Shown: piece by piece, positions 1 through 10,515 of the stretch | Position numbering within the stretch: the stretch's first letter is position 1 | Layout of the letters: each line of letters starts with the position of its first letter | NCBI GenBank assembly: GCA_963789955.1 | Contig: CAWBMV010000003.1 | Location: 64,001 to 128,000 of the forward strand | DNA from: an uncultured Candidatus Rokubacteria bacterium | Lineage (GTDB): Bacteria; Methylomirabilota; Methylomirabilia; Rokubacteriales; CSP1-6 | Reading direction: 5' to 3' | Length of the DNA: 64,000 bases | Notes under the pieces: model-generated | What the model was told of the DNA's origin: nothing | What the model saw: only the letters and a program-made list of their open reading frames with translations | The model's database searches: none | Made by a program: the position numbers and the translations under genes

Positions 1-79
1 ATGGCGGCAGCCGCAGACGAACGGACGAAGCGTCATCGGGCCAGATCATACGTCAAACCTCGCATCAGCGGGCCGCGGC

Positions 80-886
80 TCACCACATCACGACGCCCCC
101 GTCGATGTTGATCGACTGGCCGGTCATGAACGCCGCGGCCGGCGAGCAGAGAAACCCGATGAGTCCGGCGACTTCCTCGTCGCTGGCCGCGCGTCCCATC
201 GGAATCCGCTCGAGCTGGGCCTGCCAGCCGGCGCCGCGCCCCAGCACGTCCATGCGCGCGGTGTCGATCGTGCCGGGGCAGACGGCATTGACCGTGATGC
301 CGTGACGCGCGAGCTCCATGGCCAGGGACTGCGTGAGCCCCTGGATGCCGAAGTTGGCGACGTTGTACGCCGCGGTATTCGGGCTGCCGCGCTTTCCGGC
401 GACGGAGGAGAGATTGATGATGCGCCCCGAGCGCTGTTTCACCATGATCGGCACGATGCGCTTGGCCAGCAAGAACGCGCCGGTGAGCTTGATCTCGAGC
501 ACGCGGTGCCACACGGTCTCGTCGAGCTCGGTGACGGGCACGCGGTCGTTGCCGCGCGGGTATGCGGCGTTGTTCACGAGCACGTCGATTCGCCCGAAGG
601 CGGCCATGACGCGATCGACGAGATCCTGGACCGACGCAGCCCGGCTCACGTCGCCGACCCACGTCAGGGCGCGGCGTCCGCGCTCGCGGATCTGCTGGGC
701 CGTGCTCTCGACGTCCTTCCATCCCGCCTGCTTTTCGTCGTCCGGGTACGAGGCGGGATCACGGCCCGTGCCCGTCACCACGACGTCGGCGCCCTCGCTC
801 GCGAGCGCGATCGCCGTCGCCCGGCCGATGCCGCGCAACCGCCCGGCGCCCGTCACGATCGCAACCTTTCCGTCCAGATATCCCAT
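80..886 (-). CDS. SDR family NAD(P)-dependent oxidoreductase (FabG-like)
   Basis: MGYLDGKVAIVTGAGRLRGIG Rossmann start, NNAA, YNVAN (the YxxxK lysine reads as N), NAVCPG, TGQSINIDGG; ATG at 886. Confidence 0.88.
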   Translation of the reverse strand: MGYLDGKVAIVTGAGRLRGIGRATAIALASEGADVVVTGTGRDPASYPDDEKQAGWKDVESTAQQIRERGRRALTWVGDVSRAASVQDLVDRVMAAFGRIDVLVNNAAYPRGNDRVPVTELDETVWHRVLEIKLTGAFLLAKRIVPIMVKQRSGRIINLSSVAGKRGSPNTAAYNVANFGIQGLTQSLAMELARHGITVNAVCPGTIDTARMDVLGRGAGWQAQLERIPMGRAASDEEVAGLIGFLCSPAAAFMTGQSINIDGGVVMW

Positions 887-1052
887 GCGCTTTCTCCTCG
901 TAATCGCTGCTGGCGGGTACGTTACTGGCTTTGCACGTCGGTGGCTAGTCGGGTGTGAGGGTTTGGGCTTGACGAAGGGAGGCCTAGGTCGCAGGCTCTG
1001 GCGTGACGCACGGACCAGCACGAGACGGACTATACAGCGGGAGGGATCGGAC

Positions 1053-1838
1053 ATGGCGGGACGGGTCGAGGGGAAGGTGGCGTTGGTGACCGGGGGTGGG
1101 AGTGGGATCGGTCGGGCCTGTGCCATGAGGTTCGCGGGGGAGGGAGCGAACGTTTGCGTGGCCGATCTCGACCTGAAGGCGGCGACGGAGACCGCGCAGC
1201 TGGTGGAGGGGGCTGGGCGGAAGTCGGTGGCGGTCCAGGTCGATACGACCGACGAGGCCGCGAACGATGCGATGGTCAAGCGGTGCGTCGATGCGCTCGG
1301 TGCGGTGGACATCCTCGTCGCCGCGGCCGGCATCGGCGCCGTGCGCGTGCCGGGGGCGACGTCGTACCAGCCGCACACGCTGTTGAGCATTCCGATGGAT
1401 CAGTTCCGTCGAGTCATCGACGTCAACCTCTACGGCGTCCTGTTCTCGAACCGGGCGGTGGCGCGCTGGATGACGGAGCACCGACGCGGCGGCAGCATCA
1501 TCAACCTCGCGTCGATCATGTCGAAGATGCCGTCGACGAGCGCCCCCTACAGCGTGAGCAAGGCCGGCGTCTGGATGCTGACGAAGTGCCTGGCGCAAGA
1601 GCTTGCCACGCAGGGCATTCGCGTCAACGCGATCGGTCCCGGCTTCATCGAGACGCCGATGACCGAGGCCATGCGCGCAGACGCGGCGCGCTCCAACTGG
1701 GCGATGAGCGTGACGCCGATGGGACGCTACGGCAAGCCGGAGGAGATCGCGTCGACCGCGCTGTTCCTGGCTTCCGACGACGCGTCCTACTTCACCGGCG
1801 AGCTCCTGCACCCGTCGGGTGGTGTGTTCGTCGGCTGA
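1053..1838 (+). CDS. SDR family oxidoreductase
   Basis: TGGGSGIG, YSVSK, NAIGPG motifs; GGAGGG RBS before ATG 1053. Confidence 0.9.
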   Translation: MAGRVEGKVALVTGGGSGIGRACAMRFAGEGANVCVADLDLKAATETAQLVEGAGRKSVAVQVDTTDEAANDAMVKRCVDALGAVDILVAAAGIGAVRVPGATSYQPHTLLSIPMDQFRRVIDVNLYGVLFSNRAVARWMTEHRRGGSIINLASIMSKMPSTSAPYSVSKAGVWMLTKCLAQELATQGIRVNAIGPGFIETPMTEAMRADAARSNWAMSVTPMGRYGKPEEIASTALFLASDDASYFTGELLHPSGGVFVG

Positions 1839-2617
1839 GCGTCGCTCCGCTCGTGGCGGCAAGCGCCCCGCCGACGACGACGATCTCGGCGCCGCTGATC
1901 CACGCGACGTCGTCGGACGCGAGGAAGAGCGCGCAGCGCGCGATGTCCTCGGGCTCGCCGACGCGGCCGAGCGGGATGCCGCGCCCTCCGCCGCCTCCTG
2001 CTCCACGCCCTCGATGATGTCCGCGGTCAGTCGGGTCCGGATCGTGCCGGGACAGATCGCGTTGACGCCGGATGCGGTCGCGGCCGTAGGACGCCGCCAT
2101 CGCGTGGGTGAGCGCGAGCACCGCGCCCTTCGATGCGGCGTACGCGTGGGTCGGCCGGCTCATCGAGCCGCGGAAGGCGCGACACCGACGCCGTGTTGAT
2201 GATCGAGCCGCCGCCGCGGCGCGCATCGCGGGCACGGCGGCGCGGCTCACGAGGTACATCGCGCGCACGTTCACGTCCTGCGCGAGGTCCCACGCTCGAG
2301 GTCGATCGTCTCGACGGTGCCACCCACCACCATGGTACCGACGCCGGCGTTGTTGAACAGCACGTCGAGCCGGCCCCCACGTCGTGCGCGCCGATCTCGA
2401 CGGCGCGGGGCACGGGGCGGGGCTCGCGAGATCGGCGATGACCGGCGCGACCTCACCACCGGCGGTGCGCACGGCCGTCGACGGTGGTGCCAGCTCGTCC
2501 TCCCACATCGGTCATCACGACCCCGCGCCCGCCCGCGCGAACGGCGACCGCGCTCGCCCGCCCGATCCCCGTCGCCGCGCCGGTGATGATCGCGACCTTC
2601 CCGTCGAGCATTCCCAT
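1835..2617 (-). CDS. SDR family oxidoreductase (frameshifted; end approximate)
   Basis: Fragments across frames: MLDGKVAIITG, LDVLFNNAG, YAASKG, GRVGEPEDIARCALFLASD. Confidence 0.75.
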
Positions 2618-2696
2618 GCACGTTCTCCTGACTAGGCTGGCTAGGGTGGCTTCGCTCGCGCGAGGCGTCGCCGCATTTCGGGAGTCGACGGCGACG

Positions 2697-2847
2697 CGGG
2701 GCGGGCAGGGCGGCGGTAGGGGTCGCAGCGACCCGTTCCCTCCACGCGTCGTCGGACATGGCGCGCCTGGATGGAGCCCAGCCGCCCCGGAACAGCGAAC
2801 GCGTGCCGCGTGGCCGCGCGAGCCCTACCGCCGCCCTGCCCGCCCCG
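2697..2847. repeat. Intergenic element bounded by a 25-bp perfect inverted repeat (MITE/REP-like)
   Basis: CGGGGCGGGCAGGGCGGCGGTAGGG (2697-2721) and its exact reverse complement (2823-2847). Confidence 0.75.
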
Positions 2848-2856
2848 AACCGCCAA

Positions 2857-4013
2857 TCAGCCCCACAGACGCTTCGTTGCCAGGTCCGCGCCTTCCCGGA
2901 GCGTGCGAAGCTTCGTCCACACCACGCTCTCCTCGACCAGCTGCGAGCCGGCGAACGTGCCGAAGCCGCAGTCGACGCCAGCCACGACGCGCGTCCGGTC
3001 GCCGACCGCGGCGACGGCAGCGGTGATGCGGTCGGCGACGACCTCCGGATGCTCGACAACGTTGGTCGTGGAATCGATGACGCCGGGCAGGAACAGCATC
3101 CCGTCGGGGAGCGGGTGGCGGCGGAACGCCTTCAGCTCGTGCTGATGCCGCGGGCTGGCGAGTGGAAGCGACAGCGCGCCGACCCGCGCGCGGTAGACGA
3201 TCGGCAGGAGCGGCTCGAGCGGCACGTCGTGCGTGTGCGGCCCGTCGTAGTTGCCCCAGCAGAGATGGAGGCGGATCCGGTCCGGTGGAATGGTCGCGAC
3301 GGCCTCGTTGATCGCGTCGATGTGCAGCGCGACCGCGCGGAGGAAGCCGTCGAGCGACTCGTCCTGGAAGAAGCGCGCGCGCTCCATCGCGAGATCGGGA
3401 CAATCGAGCTGGAGCACGAAGCCCCGGGCCACGATCAGCTCGTACTCCTTGCGCATCTCGCGGGCCAGCGCCCGGATGTAGCGCTCGTGAGAGCCGTAGA
3501 AGGCGTCGAGCATGATCGTCGCGATCACGCCCGGCGACGCCGCGTCATGAACGCCTCGGCGAACTTCGATCGCTCCGTGCCAGCGGCGCTGGAACAGCCG
3601 CACTCGGCCTCCGCCTCGCTCAGATCGGTGTAGCCCACCTCGGCTACCGCCTGCGGCGCGTTCGAGATGCGAGCGGCGCCCGCGCGCTGCCGTGCGAGCC
3701 GCGCCGTGTAGTCGGGATGCGTCGATCTGGTCCAGCGACAGCCGCCGCTTGCTCTCGCCGCCGAAGCCCTTCATCCGCCGGGCCGGGTACGTCGAGAAGC
3801 CCACGCGCGGCTGCTCACCGTCGTTGCCGATGTCGACGCCGGCGGCGAGCTGCTGCTTCACGACGTGACGGACGGCGGCCTCGGCTTCGCGCGCGAGCGC
3901 GGCGGTGTCCACGGGCTCGCCACGATCTTGCTGCACCAGCAAGTCGCGAAGCGCCGGGGGACGGGGAAGGCTACCGACGTGCGTGGTCAGGATCCGCTGC
4001 TCGCTGGTTTCAT
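2857..4013 (-). CDS. Cobalamin-independent methionine synthase II family (core MetE-like) protein, frameshifted
   Basis: ILTTHVGSLPRP N-terminus, NDGEQ, LQLDCPDL, LHLCWGNY, PGVIDSTTN, DCGFGT motifs. Confidence 0.85.
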
Positions 4014-4070
4014 GGAGCGGACTGTACCACTTCGGGGGCGGGCGCGGCGGGTGCCGCTCTGAGCCAGGCT

Positions 4071-4322
4071 CTACGGCGTTACAGCAGCGCGACGCTCGTC
4101 ATTCCAGAGTCTGTAGCAGTCGCCGTGGAAGCGAACGGACTTCCTGTCGCTCGTCGACGGGTAGACCTCCTTCATGAGCAGGGCGTGCGGCATCCTCTCC
4201 TCGCAGGCGTCGCACTTCTGCCAGTTGCCTGGACGCCCAAACGCTCTCGGGATGCTGCCAAGCGGCAGCCGGCCGTCCTGGAGTTTCTGCCGGATGAGGA
4301 GACGAATCGCTTCAGCTTGCAT
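4071..4322 (-). CDS. Small hypothetical protein with CxxC...HxxC putative zinc ligands
   Basis: 83 aa: MQAEAIRLLIRQKLQDGRLP...KCDACEE...RFHGDCYRLW. Confidence 0.6.
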   Translation of the reverse strand: MQAEAIRLLIRQKLQDGRLPLGSIPRAFGRPGNWQKCDACEERMPHALLMKEVYPSTSDRKSVRFHGDCYRLWNDERRAAVTP

Positions 4323-4527
4323 TGCGCTCCACATCCCAGAGGGAGAAGTGTCGGATGAGCGCACGAGGGTCAGCGTTTTCCATGGCCTCGCCGAGGGGGC
4401 AGTCGCAGCAGGAGAAGATGCGCCAGATTCACCGGAGTCTCGACGCCCGAGAGCGTCAAACGGGTAAGGCCGAGGTGCAGGCAAGTCAAGAGTACCACGG
4501 GAGCGCGCGGCCCGGCAGGGCGCGCGC

Positions 4528-5387
4528 TTACGACGACGGCGCCGCCTGCTTGCCGCGGTAGTACTCCTCCAGGAATCGGCGCGTGCTGCTCGGCCGTCGC
4601 GCGGGCCCATTCGCGCGCCGGCAGCTTGACCGACTTCGGCATCGGAATCTCCACGCTCAGCGGCAACCCGGGCGGAAGCGCGTCCAGGATCTGGCGGAGC
4701 GGCACGATGCCGTCACCCGGCATGCAGCGCTCGTCGGGGCTCATCCGACCGAGCTTCGAGAGATCGGGCTCGCCGGGCGCGAGGACGCCGTCGGACAGCT
4801 GCGCGTAGGGAAACAGCCGGGGCTCGAGCCCGCGCAGGAATGCCGCGCTCCCGCCGCCGCGGACGAAATTGAGGGGGTCGAGGCAGATCACGCCGTTCTT
4901 GCGGCCGAGCTCGGGAGAGAAGGCGCAGCGCCTGCGACAGGGTCGCGAGCGGCCGGATGACCGCGAACTCGAGGGCGGCGGAGATCCCGAATTGCGCGGC
5001 CATGTCGCAGAAGCGCCCCATGCTGTTGCGAAGGCGCGCCCAGTCCGCATCGTCGCCGGCCACGAGCGCGTACCGGGCGCCGAGCTCCGCGCCGAGCTCC
5101 AGCGCCGGCTCGAACGCGTCGAAGTCGGTCGTGGGCTGCAGATAGAAGGTCAGGATGTCGAGCACGCTCAGACCCGAGCTCGCGAGGATCAGCTTGAGCT
5201 CGCGGATCAGCGGCGCGTTGCCGACGACCGGGTAGAACGGAAACAGCGGCGACCGCGCGAGGCGCAGCCCGACGGCGTCGTAGCCGGCCGCGGCGGCAGC
5301 CTCTACATATTCGAGGGGTGGTGTATCGGGCAAGGTCGGGGGCGAGATCGCGACCAGGTGGCGGATCACAGGAACCTGATCATACAC
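4528..5387 (-). CDS. Sugar phosphate isomerase/epimerase family (AP_endonuc_2 TIM barrel), frameshifted
   Basis: AAAAAGYDAVGLRL, AALEF, LDPLNF, YAQLSD, RCMPGDG, LSVEIP across frames; TAA at 4528-4530. Confidence 0.8.
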
Positions 5388-5449
5388 GGTCTCGACGGTC
5401 CGGCCCTGGTGTACTCTCTTCGGCGAACTTCTACTCCAAGGAGGCCCGC

Positions 5450-5770
5450 ATGTTCTTCGAGCTCCGTCAGTACCAGATGCGCCCCGGGCAGCGCGAGAAG
5501 TGGGTGAAGTGCATGGAAGAGGAGATCATCCCGTTCCAGGTCAAGATGGGCATGGTCATCCTCGGCAGCTTCGTCGGCGAGGAAGACGAGAACACCTACG
5601 TCTGGATCCGACGCTTCGAGAACGAGCAGGAGCGCAAGCGCCTCGACGACGCGGTCTACCAGAGCGACTACTGGAAGAACGAGATCTCGCCGAAGGTCGG
5701 CACGCTCATCGACCGCGAGCAGATCAAGGTGACGCGGCTGGTGGCGACGCCCCACTCGGTGATCCAGTAA
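5450..5770 (+). CDS. NIPSNAP family protein
   Basis: MFFELRQYQMRPGQREKWV...YVWIRRF; AAGGAGG RBS. Confidence 0.85.
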   Translation: MFFELRQYQMRPGQREKWVKCMEEEIIPFQVKMGMVILGSFVGEEDENTYVWIRRFENEQERKRLDDAVYQSDYWKNEISPKVGTLIDREQIKVTRLVATPHSVIQ

Positions 5771-5788
5771 GGCGGCGAGACCCCGGCG

Positions 5789-6559
5789 ATGATACCCTGC
5801 GCGACCGCGTGGCCATCGTCACGGGGCGAGCCAGGGGGATCGGGCGAGCCATCGCGGTGGAGCTGGCCCGCGTCGGCGCGCACGTGGTCGCGTGCAGCCG
5901 GAAGGCGGCCACGCTCGAGCCGGTCGCGGCCGAACCGTGCGCGCCCAGGGCCGCCGGCGCTCGCCCTCGCGTGCGACGTGGGCGACGCCGCGCCAGGTGG
6001 ACGCGGTGGTCGCCCGGACGGTGGAGGAGTTCGGGCGCATCGATCTCCTCGTGAACAATGCCGGCTACCGCATCCGCTCGCCCCTCGAGGATCTCCCGCG
6101 CCACGAGTGGGACGCGATGATGGCCACCAACCTCACCGGCGTGTTCCTCTTCCCCAGGCCGCCGGGCGCGTGATGATTCGCCAGCGCGCCGGCCGCATCG
6201 TCAACGTCACCTCGGTGGCTGGCCGCACGGGGGCGCGCGGCATGGCCGCGTACGCGGCGGCCAAGGCCGGCGCGACCGCGCTCACCCAGAGCCTCGGCGC
6301 CGAGTGGGCGAAGCATGGCATCACCGTCAACGCCGTCGCGCCCGGCCCGACGGAGACGGAGGGCGTGCTCGAGGTGTGGAAGACTCCGGCGATGATCGCC
6401 CAGGCCTCGCGCGAGGTGCCGCTCCAGCGGCTGGGCCGCCCGGAGGAGATCGCGTGGGCGGTGATCTTCGCGGCGTCGGATCGGGCAAACTTCGTGACGG
6501 CCGAGACAGTTTACGTGAGCGGGGGCCCGCGAGCGGCTCACCGCGAGGACACCACATGA
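5789..6559 (+). CDS. SDR family oxidoreductase (frameshifted)
   Basis: LRDRVAIVTGRARGIG, LLVNNAG, YAAAKAG, NAVAPG across frames. Confidence 0.8.
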   Translation: MIPCATAWPSSRGEPGGSGEPSRWSWPASARTWSRAAGRRPRSSRSRPNRARPGPPALALACDVGDAAPGGRGGRPDGGGVRAHRSPREQCRLPHPLAPRGSPAPRVGRDDGHQPHRRVPLPQAAGRVMIRQRAGRIVNVTSVAGRTGARGMAAYAAAKAGATALTQSLGAEWAKHGITVNAVAPGPTETEGVLEVWKTPAMIAQASREVPLQRLGRPEEIAWAVIFAASDRANFVTAETVYVSGGPRAAHREDTT

Positions 6560-7776
6560 ACGTCGCATTCGGAGTGAGCCTGAGCCCGGGAACACCGTTG
6601 CTGCAGGAAAAGGACACGCAACGCTTCATCGACCTCGCGAGGATGGCCGACGACTACGGCGCCGAGGCGGTCGGCACGCACGACACCGCGTTCATCGGGG
6701 GCGACGCGTACGTCAGGGCGACGCTGATCGCGCTCGGCGCGCCGCGGGCGCGCGTCGGCCTTCGCCCGACGAACCCGCTCACGCGCGAGCCGCAGGTGAT
6801 GGCGTCCTTCCTGGCGTCGATCGACAGCTTGACGAGCGGGCGCGCGTTCATGGACATGGCCAGCGGGGACAGCGCCGTGCTCAACATCGGCTACCAGGTC
6901 GCAACCCGCGCGCGGATCGAGGACTACGTGACGTGCGTGCGTGATCTCCTCGCCAAGGGCGAAGCGACCTACCAGGGACGGCCCCAGCGCGTCCGCTGGG
7001 CGTCCACCGTGACCCGCCAGCGTATTCCCATCTTCATCTGCGCCGAGGGCCCGAGGATGCTGCACCTGGGCGGCCGGATCGGCGATGGCGTCACCGCCGG
7101 CACCGGACTGCTCCCCGACGTGATCAAGGACACCATCGCCCGCGTCCACGCGGGCGCCCGCGACGCGGGCCGCGATCCGTCCGACGTCGACGTCTGGTTC
7201 ACCGCCAGGACTTCGCTGGACGAGGATCGCGACCGGGCGATCGAGGGCGTCAAGGCCTCGGTGTCGTCGATCCTCAACCACTCGATGCGCTTTGGGCTCG
7301 ACGGCAAGCACGTGCCCGACGAGCTGCGCGCGAAGGTCCAGGAATACGTCGACGGCTACGAGCTGTACGACCACGTGCTCCAGGACGGCCGGAATCCCAG
7401 GCGCATGGAAGCGCTCGGGCTGACGCGTTACGCGCTCGACCGGTTCGCCCTCGCTGGCAACGCGAGCGACTGGATCAAGCGGATCGAGCAGATCGCCGAG
7501 GCGGGGGCCCGAAGGATCTGGGTCAGTCTGCGGGCGACCGATATGGAGACCCAGCTGCGCTACATGAAGATCCTCGGCGGCGAGATCATGTCCCGGTTCG
7601 CAGATCATGTCTCGGTTTGTGTAGCGGAGGCGAGGGCCTCGCGCGGGCGCTCGCCGAGAGGTCGGCTCGCCTTGGCGTCGATGGCCGCCGTCCAGATGGC
7701 GGTGCTCTTCCTCGGTCATGCTGCCGCGCGGGCGCGAGCCGGCCGTCCTGGTAATTCCAGGCGCCGACGTCGATGA
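6556..7776 (+). CDS. LLM class flavin-dependent (Mer-like) oxidoreductase; true stop probably near 7605
   Basis: TNPLTREP, SGRAF..SGDS, IPIFICAEGPRMLHLGGRIGDG; ATGA overlap with upstream stop. Confidence 0.85.
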   Translation: MNVAFGVSLSPGTPLLQEKDTQRFIDLARMADDYGAEAVGTHDTAFIGGDAYVRATLIALGAPRARVGLRPTNPLTREPQVMASFLASIDSLTSGRAFMDMASGDSAVLNIGYQVATRARIEDYVTCVRDLLAKGEATYQGRPQRVRWASTVTRQRIPIFICAEGPRMLHLGGRIGDGVTAGTGLLPDVIKDTIARVHAGARDAGRDPSDVDVWFTARTSLDEDRDRAIEGVKASVSSILNHSMRFGLDGKHVPDELRAKVQEYVDGYELYDHVLQDGRNPRRMEALGLTRYALDRFALAGNASDWIKRIEQIAEAGARRIWVSLRATDMETQLRYMKILGGEIMSRFADHVSVCVAEARASRGRSPRGRLALASMAAVQMAVLFLGHAAARARAGRPGNSRRRRR

Positions 7777-8491
7777 GGTACTGCTCGCGCGAGGGCAGCG
7801 TGCCCTGGCAGACCGCGTCGCGCGGAGCCTCGCGCGGCCTGCTCGTGCTGGAGCTGGCGAAGGAGCTCGCGCATCACCGAGCCCGGGAATGCGCCGCCGC
7901 TCGGCGGGATAGACGAACCCGAAGAGGATCAGGTGCGCGAGCAGCACGCGCCAGTGCGGGGCCGAAGCGGCGGAGCAGCCGGTCCCAGTCGAGCGTCCTC
8001 GGCGCACGGCGGCAGGATGTGCGCGACGTCGGCGCCGTCGTAGCGCTCGCGCTCCATGACGAACGCCTTCGACCAGATCGTCTCCTCGACCGGGCAGAGC
8101 TGCACGGCGAGCCCCAGGACGCCTCGGCCGACCGCGTGGGCGAACCAGTCGTCGTCGACGGTCGCGACGCCGTTGCCCGAGCTGAAGATGATGTCGACGA
8201 AGTCGTCCCCGCTGTGCGCCTTGCCGAGCCAGTGCGGGAAGCGGGACTCCGTGCGGTAGCCCGGCGCGCGCGAGCGCCTCGAGCACCGCCCGACGTCCTC
8301 GGGCCGCACGAACAGGTCGAGGTCCTTCGGTGTGCGCGCGATGCCCGTGTAGCGCTCGAGCGCGTAGGCCGCCGCCGACGAGGAACGGCATGCGCCCGCG
8401 GCGCAGCGTCTCCATGGCCTCGCGATAGAACGTGCGCAGCGCCCGGATGTGTCGTCCGCGCAGGAGGAGAGGCGGGCGTCACCGGTACCAT
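7640..8491 (-). CDS. Nucleotidyltransferase-family protein (frameshifted, ends approximate)
   Basis: PFLVGG(A)YALERYTG..TKDLDLFVRPED (GG...DxD pol-beta-like motif), DIIFSSGNG, WSKAFVMERERYDGADVAH, HWRVLLAHLILFGFVYP. Confidence 0.75.
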
Positions 8492-8494
8492 TGC

Positions 8495-9278
8495 TCGCGG
8501 CTGCGGCGCGTGCCGGCGGCGCGCAGGCTCGGGGCGCGGTCACGGGAATCTCGACCACCCGGAAGGGCGGAGCGGTCGGGAAACGCGATCTGCTGGAGCA
8601 GCGGCAGCGCCACGTTGTAGACCGGCACGCCGGCGACGTGTTCGCCCCTCGAGCGGACCGTGGTGCGCGTGGCCGTGGAAGACCGCGGTCGACGGGGTAG
8701 CGGTTGATCGGCTCCTCGAGCCGGCTCGAGCCGAGGAACGGAAAGATCTCGGGCGGCTCGCCCTCGACCGTGCCGCGATCGGCGCGTAGTGGAGCAGGGC
8801 GACGCGTCCGGGCGTGCGCAGCCGCGCCAGCGCCGACTCGAGCTTGAGCGCCTCGTCCACCGCCTCGTGCACGAACGCGCTTGATCGACCGCTTCGCCCC
8901 ACGGCCGGAGCGCGCGCTCGCCGAAGCCGCCGCCGAAGCCCTTGACCCCGGCGAAGCCGACGCCGTGCGATCTCGACGCATCGCCGTCGAGCAGCGACGC
9001 GCCGGCGTCGGTGAGGATCTTGCGGACTCGCTCGCGGCTTGCCCGATTCGAAGTCGTGGTTGCCGAGCACCGCGACGACGGGAACCTTCACCGTGGTGGT
9101 CAGCTCCTTGGCGAGGAACTGCGACCTCCTCGGGCAGACCGTAGTCGGTGAGGTCGCCGCAGAGCACGAGCACGTCGGCGTTCTCGGCGATCCGGGCGAA
9201 CAGCGTCTGCAAGAACCCGGAAGAGCTTCGCTTGCAATGGAGGTCGCCGACCGCGGCGACGCGGACCGAGCCGTTCAC
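8495..9278 (-). CDS. Calcineurin-like metallophosphoesterase (frameshifted)
   Basis: AAVGDLH, CGDLTD, VLGNHD, LLHYAP, FHGHAHHG motifs across frames. Confidence 0.85.
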
Positions 9279-9283
9279 GGTTG

Positions 9284-10411
9284 TCAGCTCAGTGTGGAGC
9301 GCCCGACGGAGCCCAGTAGCTGGGCGAGATGACCGGTGTCGAGCGGCTTCACCAGATGGTGGTCGAAGCCCGCGGCCCGCGATCTCGCGCGATCGGTCTC
9401 ATCGCTCCACCCGGTGACGGCGATCAGGCACATCTGCCGGCCCCAGGGCTCCTTGCGGATACGCTGCGCGACCTCGTGTCCGTCGATCTTCGGCAGGCCG
9501 ATGTCGAGCAGCACCACCTCGGGCCTGAATTCGCTCGCGGCCTGCACTGCCTCGAGACCGTCGTAGGCGGTGCGAACGTCGTTGCCGGTGGCCCGCAGCA
9601 GCATCGCCAGGCTATCGGCGGCGTCGCGGTTGTCGTCCACGACCAGGATGCGGAGCGCGGGCGGGCTCATGTGTGCGGGACCCTCCGCCGGCGGCTGCGG
9701 GCAATGCGAGGCTTCGATGACGGCCGGTAGGCGGATGGCGAACGTGCTCCCCATGCCCAGTCCCGTGCTCTCGGCGGCGACCGTCCCGCCATGCATTTCC
9801 ACGAGCCGCTTCACAAGGGTCAAACCGATCCCGAGCCCCCCAAAAGTCCGCGCTCGGGTTTGCTCGCCCTGGGTGAACATCTCGAACACATGCGGCAGCA
9901 TCGCTCGAGAAATCCCGACGCCCGTGTCGCGCACGGTGATCACGGCATCGCCGCCGGCACGCTCCGCGGTCAGCCAGATGTGTCCGTCGCGGTCCGTGAA
10001 TTTGGCGGCATTGTTCAGGCAGTTCGCGATCGCCTGCGCCAGCCGCATGGGGTCGGCGTCGAGAAGGATCGCGTCCTCCGGGAGCACGGTCGTGAACTCC
10101 TGGCCCCCGGCTCTCAACAAGCTCCCACTCGTTTCGACGGCCAGACGCACGACCATCGCCAGATCCACGCGCTCCTTGCGGAGCTCGAAACGATTGGTGC
10201 TCATCCGAGCCACATCGACCAGATCGTCGATGAGGCGCGCCATCTGCCGAACCTGCCGTTCGATCGCGGAGAGCGCCCACTGCGACTCGGGGGCGAGCGT
10301 TCCCTCACGATTCAGAATCTGGACAGCGGTGCGGATCGGCGCGAGCGGATTGCGGAGCTCATGGGCCAAAATCGCCAGAAACTCGTTCTTGGATCGATCA
10401 GCGATCGGCAA
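9284..10411 (-). CDS. Hybrid histidine kinase/response regulator (HisKA-HATPase-REC) without an N-terminal sensor
   Basis: KNEFLAILAHELRNPL H-box, NNAAKFT, DTGVGI, GLGIGL, ILVVDDN, LLDIGLP, HHLVKP. Confidence 0.9.
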   Translation of the reverse strand: MPIADRSKNEFLAILAHELRNPLAPIRTAVQILNREGTLAPESQWALSAIERQVRQMARLIDDLVDVARMSTNRFELRKERVDLAMVVRLAVETSGSLLRAGGQEFTTVLPEDAILLDADPMRLAQAIANCLNNAAKFTDRDGHIWLTAERAGGDAVITVRDTGVGISRAMLPHVFEMFTQGEQTRARTFGGLGIGLTLVKRLVEMHGGTVAAESTGLGMGSTFAIRLPAVIEASHCPQPPAEGPAHMSPPALRILVVDDNRDAADSLAMLLRATGNDVRTAYDGLEAVQAASEFRPEVVLLDIGLPKIDGHEVAQRIRKEPWGRQMCLIAVTGWSDETDRARSRAAGFDHHLVKPLDTGHLAQLLGSVGRSTLS

Positions 10412-10515
10412 GACACATCCTCAGCGAATGCTCACGGGTCGTCATTGGCCCTTGGTCGCCGACATCGCGCCGATCCGCGGGCTCGCCGGGTCGACCGCAG
10501 AAAGGGCCCGTGGCT

